A stretch of DNA of 64,000 nucleotides from Polyangiaceae bacterium (lineage in GTDB: Bacteria > Myxococcota_A > Polyangia > Polyangiales > Polyangiaceae). A model generated the notes under the pieces. That model was not told the origin of the DNA and did not search any database. It worked only from the letters and a program-made list of their open reading frames with translations. The stretch is taken from the NCBI GenBank assembly GCA_044222475.1, contig JBGANF010000001.1, forward strand, positions 144,391 to 208,390, in the 5' to 3' direction. The position numbers were made by a program, and so were the translations under genes. Below are positions 59,852-64,000 of this stretch, piece by piece; positions within the stretch are counted from its first letter, which is position 1, and each line of letters begins with the position of its first letter.

Positions 59852-61177
59852 ATGCTCCGCTTCGATCGAGGCACGCTGCTGATCGACCTCCCCGACGACG
59901 TCGCGCGTGGGCTCCCCGGCGCATGTTGGGACAGTCGCACGTCGAGCCATCGCGCGCCGGCGTGGCGAGCGGCGGAGCTCGTGAACGCGCTCGGACTCGC
60001 ACCACCTCCGTGGCCCGAGGAGCACGTGGACGTTCGCCGTCCCGAGCTGCGCGACTACCAACGGGACGCGTTGTCGGCGTGGGAGATCGCCGGTCGACGT
60101 GGGGTCGTCGTTCTTCCCACGGGTGCGGGGAAGACGCGAACGGCGATCGCGGCGATCGCCGCGACGGCGCGCCCGACGGCGGTGCTCTGCCCGACGCGAG
60201 CGCTCGTCGAACAGTGGGTCGTCGCGCTCCGCGGCGCCTACGGCGGGCTCATCGGCTGCATGAGTGACGGCTCCGCGACGGTGGGACCGATCACGGTCCT
60301 CACGTTCGAGAGCGCGTTCCGGCGCATGGACGCCATCGGTGACCGCTTCGCGCTCCTCGTCGTCGACGAGGTCCACCACTTCGGCTCGGGTGCCCGCGCG
60401 GAAGCCCTCGAGTGCGCGACCGCTCCGCATCGGCTCGGCCTCACCGCCACCCCGTGTCCGCCGGGATCGCGCACCGACGAGCTCCTCGGACCGATGGTCT
60501 TTCACGTACCGCTCGAAGAGCTCGTCGGCGGGGCGCTCGCGGACTTCGACCTCACGACGTTCCACGTCACGCTCGACGCCGAAGAGCGCGCGTCGTACGA
60601 CCGCGAGTACGGGCTCTTCAAGAACGCGCGGGACGCGCTGCTCCGCGCAGAGGCCACGCTCGACGTGTCGGACGTCGTCTCGCGACTTGGACGCACCGAG
60701 CCCGGCCGCCGCGCGCTCCTCGGTCTTCTGCGTGCGACGCGGATCGCTTCCCTCCCGCGAGCCAAGCGCGCGGCGATCGCGCGCCTGGTCGCGCAGCACC
60801 AAGACGAGAAGATCCTCGTCTTCGCTGCCAGCACCGACGACGCGTACACGATCGGCCGGGACCTCCTGGTCCCCGTGATCACGGCCGAAACCTCGAAGAG
60901 CGAACGCGAGGACATCCTGAAGAAGCTCCGGGACGGCGCGGTGCGCATCGTCGCGTCGGCGCGCGTCCTCAACGAGGGGATCGACGTGCCGGACGCGAGC
61001 GTCGCGGTCGTCGCCGGCGCCGCGCTCGGTGTGCGCGAGCTGAAGCAGAGGATCGGCCGCGTCCTCCGACCGTCGCCTGGGAAAGACCGAGCGATCGTCT
61101 ACGAGCTCGTCTCGCGTCGCACCCTCGAGGAGCGGCGCGCCAATGCCCGTCGAAGGAGGCTCGATGATCTCCACTGA
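59852..61177 (+). CDS. SF2 DEAD/DEAH helicase, XPB/Rad25-like
   Basis: LRDYQ, LPTGAGKT, VVDEVHH, GLTAT, LNEGIDVP, QRIGRVLR. Confidence 0.9.
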   Translation: MLRFDRGTLLIDLPDDVARGLPGACWDSRTSSHRAPAWRAAELVNALGLAPPPWPEEHVDVRRPELRDYQRDALSAWEIAGRRGVVVLPTGAGKTRTAIAAIAATARPTAVLCPTRALVEQWVVALRGAYGGLIGCMSDGSATVGPITVLTFESAFRRMDAIGDRFALLVVDEVHHFGSGARAEALECATAPHRLGLTATPCPPGSRTDELLGPMVFHVPLEELVGGALADFDLTTFHVTLDAEERASYDREYGLFKNARDALLRAEATLDVSDVVSRLGRTEPGRRALLGLLRATRIASLPRAKRAAIARLVAQHQDEKILVFAASTDDAYTIGRDLLVPVITAETSKSEREDILKKLRDGAVRIVASARVLNEGIDVPDASVAVVAGAALGVRELKQRIGRVLRPSPGKDRAIVYELVSRRTLEERRANARRRRLDDLH

Positions 61178-62288
61178 TGCGAAGCGCCCGCGGTACCTCC
61201 GGCCCCACGACGACCCATGGGTCCGCGCCGCGTGCGAGGCTCACCGCGATCTCGAGGGGCTGGCGTTGGGAGACGTGGAGCGCGCGTGGTCCGAGCGGAT
61301 CGGCCCCGAGCTCCGCGCGCTCGGCGCGCCCGCGAGCCAGCTCGCCCTCGTGCGGCGCGAGCTCGACGCGGTATCGACATCGCGCGTCGATGCGCCACGC
61401 GACCCGCGCGAGGTGCGCAGGCATCTGTTTCCGCTCGCGAGCGTGCTTCCGCGTGACGAAGCGCTGCGGCGCGCGGCCGAGGATCTCGAGCTCGATCCCG
61501 CTTCGATCGTGGCGACGCTGTTCGCCGATCGCCGTCCGGAGCGGCGACTCGTCGTTCCTCCCGAGTTGCCCGATCTCGCGGCGCTGCGCGAACGATGCAA
61601 CCTGACCCTCGTCCAAGGCTGGATCATGCGGTGCACCGAGCTGCGGGTGGCAGTTCGGGAGAATCTGCACGCGATCGTGCGCCTCGCGAAGCTCCTCGGT
61701 CTGCTCGTGGACTTCGTCGATCGAGGGGGCACGACCGAGCTTCGCGCGTCGGGGCCGATCGCGCTCTTCCGTCGCACGGTGAAGTATGGGCGCGCGCTCG
61801 CGCGCTTCTTCCCGTGCGTCCTCGGATCGCCGGGGTTCTCGGCCGTGGCCGACTGCGTCGACGGCGACGCGCCGCGGCGAATCCTCATCGAGGCGGGCGA
61901 TCCCCTCGCGCGGCGCCACGCTCTCCCGAGAGCGACCGACAGCGCGGTCGAGCGCGCGCTCGTCCGTGATCTGCGTCGCCTGGACACGTCGTGGCGACTC
62001 GTCCGCGAAGACCGCGTGGTTCCGCTCCCAGGCGGCAAGCTCTTCTTCCCGGACTTCAGCCTCATCGCCGGCGAGCGGCGCGTCCTCGTCGAGATCGTCG
62101 GCTTCTACACGGCGGAGTACCTGCGTCGAAAAGCTGCCGCCCTCGCCGCAATGCACGAGCGTTGCATCGTGTGCGTGGACGCGGCGCTCGACTGCGGCGA
62201 GAGCGCGTTCACCGGTCCCGACGTCATGTTCTTCGACAAGAGGGTCGATCCGAAGGCGCTCCTCGCGCTCGCGGAGCGGGCGGCGTGA
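61164..62288 (+). CDS. DUF790 family (Bax1-like) nuclease
   Basis: LFAD, GPIALFRRTVKYG, DSAVE, FFPDF..VEIVGFYT.EYL.RK. Overlaps the helicase. Confidence 0.85.
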   Translation: MISTDAKRPRYLRPHDDPWVRAACEAHRDLEGLALGDVERAWSERIGPELRALGAPASQLALVRRELDAVSTSRVDAPRDPREVRRHLFPLASVLPRDEALRRAAEDLELDPASIVATLFADRRPERRLVVPPELPDLAALRERCNLTLVQGWIMRCTELRVAVRENLHAIVRLAKLLGLLVDFVDRGGTTELRASGPIALFRRTVKYGRALARFFPCVLGSPGFSAVADCVDGDAPRRILIEAGDPLARRHALPRATDSAVERALVRDLRRLDTSWRLVREDRVVPLPGGKLFFPDFSLIAGERRVLVEIVGFYTAEYLRRKAAALAAMHERCIVCVDAALDCGESAFTGPDVMFFDKRVDPKALLALAERAA

Positions 62289-62325
62289 GGGTGGCATATC
62301 CGTGGCATTCAGCTACCATGATCGT

Positions 62326-62628
62326 ATGAAACCCAAACAGCGACTCTCGGCATCGGTCGATGCGGAGTTGATCGGCGCCGTGGAGGACGCCGTCGCGCGG
62401 GGACGAGCGCCGACGGTGAGCGCGTGGGTGAACGACGCCTTGGCGCTGAAGCTCGAGCGCGATCGACGTCTCGCTGCGCTCGCCGACTTCGTCGCCGACT
62501 TCGAACGTGAGCACGGTGTGATCACGAACGAGGAGATGATGGCTGCGCATCGGCGCGCGCGCGCGAAGGCGGTTCCGGTGCGGGGCGCGAAGGCCCCACG
62601 TGCGGCGCGGGCGGGCGGAAAGCGATGA
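62326..62628 (+). CDS. Putative antitoxin (ribbon-helix-helix-like)
   Basis: RLSASVD..VSAWVNDAL..FEREHGVIT.EE. ATGA overlap with the PIN gene. Confidence 0.8.
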   Translation: MKPKQRLSASVDAELIGAVEDAVARGRAPTVSAWVNDALALKLERDRRLAALADFVADFEREHGVITNEEMMAAHRRARAKAVPVRGAKAPRAARAGGKR

Positions 62629-63005
62629 CGCTCGTTCTCGACGCCGGGGCGTTCATGGCGGTCGAGCGCGGGGACCGCGACGTGATGGTGCTCCTCAAGC
62701 GAGAGCTCGCCGCCGGTCGAGTCCCGGTGACCCACGGTGGTGTCGTGGGGCAGGTTTGGCGGGGCGGCGCAGGACGGCAGGCAAACGTCGCGCGCCTGTT
62801 TCGCGCGGTGGAGGTGACGCCGCTCGACGAAGCGCTCGGACGGCGAGCTGGCGCGCTCTTGGGCCGCGCGCGGTTGGCGGACGTGACGGACGCGGCCGTG
62901 GTCCTCCTGGCCGCGGACGACGACCTCATTCTGACTTCGGACCCGGGCGACCTGGAGGCGCTCGCGGAGGCGGCCGATCTCCACGTCGATCTTCTCGCCG
63001 TGTGA
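62625..63005 (+). CDS. PIN domain (VapC-like) toxin
   Basis: LVLDAGA, VVGQVWR, DVTDAAVV, ILTSDPGDL. Confidence 0.82.
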   Translation: MTLVLDAGAFMAVERGDRDVMVLLKRELAAGRVPVTHGGVVGQVWRGGAGRQANVARLFRAVEVTPLDEALGRRAGALLGRARLADVTDAAVVLLAADDDLILTSDPGDLEALAEAADLHVDLLAV

Positions 63006-63049
63006 CCGGGGCTGGGAATCGGCGACGACGGTCACGCGTACAGCGCCGC

Positions 63050-64000
63050 ATGACCCGCCCAGCGAAACCGTTCGGCCTCGGCGGGCGGGGACGCCTGCAC
63101 CCGTCGGCCCTGCGGCGAGCGGTGCTCTCCGCCGTCCGGCGTGTCATCGCTGGCGGAGGACGTGGCGTCGATGCCTGTCGGGCCCTGGGGGTGAGTCCAC
63201 GCACCGTGAGACGTTGGCGCCGCGGGCTCGTCGACGCGCGAACGAGCCGCGCCCCCGTCGTCAGGCACGCGTTCGGCGCGCGGGCTCGGGCTCGGCTCTT
63301 CCGACTTCTCTCGGCATCGCGTCACCGCGGGCTGTCGGTTCGGCAGCTCGTTCCGTTGCTGGCCGACCGCGGAATCTACGTCGCGTCGGAGGCCACGCTC
63401 TATCGAATGCTCCGCGCCCGGCGGCGACGAACGACGCGAAGCGGCGAGCAGCGAACCCGAGCGACGAGTCATCGAGCGACGGGCCCGCGGCAGGTCTGGA
63501 CGTGGGACATCACCCGACTCCGAGGAAGGCGCTCCGCCCCGTACTTCCTCTACGTCGTGCTCGACGTGTGGAGCCGCAAGATCGTCGGCTGGGCGCTCCT
63601 CGATCGCGAGTCGGCGGTCCACTCCGCCGGCGTGATCGAGCGAGCGTGCCGAGACGAACGCGTCGCGAGACGCGCGATCGTCCTGCACGCCGACAACGGC
63701 CCACCGATGCGAGCACCGTCGTTGCTGGCGACGTTGCGCCGCCTCGGAGTGGCGACGTCGTTCACCCGAACGCGCGCGCCGAACGACAACCCGATCTCGG
63801 AGGCGCTCTTCGGGACGATGAAGCGGCGGGCGAGCTTCCCGCGAAAGCCGTTCGCCTCGATCGCCGCGGCGCGGGCATGGGTGGCGAAGTTCGTCCGCTG
63901 GTACAACGACGAGCACCTCCACAGTGCGCTTCGCTACGTCACCCCGAGCGACCGACACGCTGGACGAGACGTCGCGATCCTCGCCCGGCGGAGGCGCGTG
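63050..64000 (+). mobile_element. IS3-family OrfB-like DDE transposase, runs off the window
   Basis: Open frame from ATG 63050, absent from the ORF track because it has no stop. Reads ACRALGVSPRTVRRW, YVASEATLYR, WTWDIT, LHADNG, NDNPISEALF, WYNDEHLHS. Confidence 0.88.

Overview
GC-rich bacterial window, most likely Myxococcota (inferred from Cys-rich DUF4215-type repeats, RCC1 lipoproteins with DAG linkers and large TPR proteins). Left to right: (1) two tail-to-tail, frameshifted four-helix-bundle genes with a shared conserved leader, next to a (CCGCTT)n array; (2) housekeeping rpmE-DUF1385-prfA, TolC and a degenerate GpsA paralogue; (3) a REP-like inverted pair bracketing a broken zinc-finger ORF; (4) a roughly 22 kb stress island (15.9-38.5 kb) with CLC channel, four USPs, GH15, membrane-anchored OtsA/OtsB, MarR, Na+/H+ antiporter, sensorless kinase, nitrilase/GNAT, NhaR-like LysR and an orphan CzcA, in which three promoters share an identically spaced motif; (5) an ECF/anti-sigma locus; (6) two B12-binding radical SAM genes flanking an unknown lipoprotein, the best candidate for an undescribed system; (7) a box (benzoyl-CoA epoxidation) cluster without boxA; (8) an ECF-ZAS fusion, a PNGase F-like lipoprotein, Uma2, an XPB-like helicase with DUF790, a PIN-type TA pair and an IS3 OrfB running off the window. 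No rRNA, tRNA or CRISPR array was seen. All family calls come from motif recognition by eye, not database searches.
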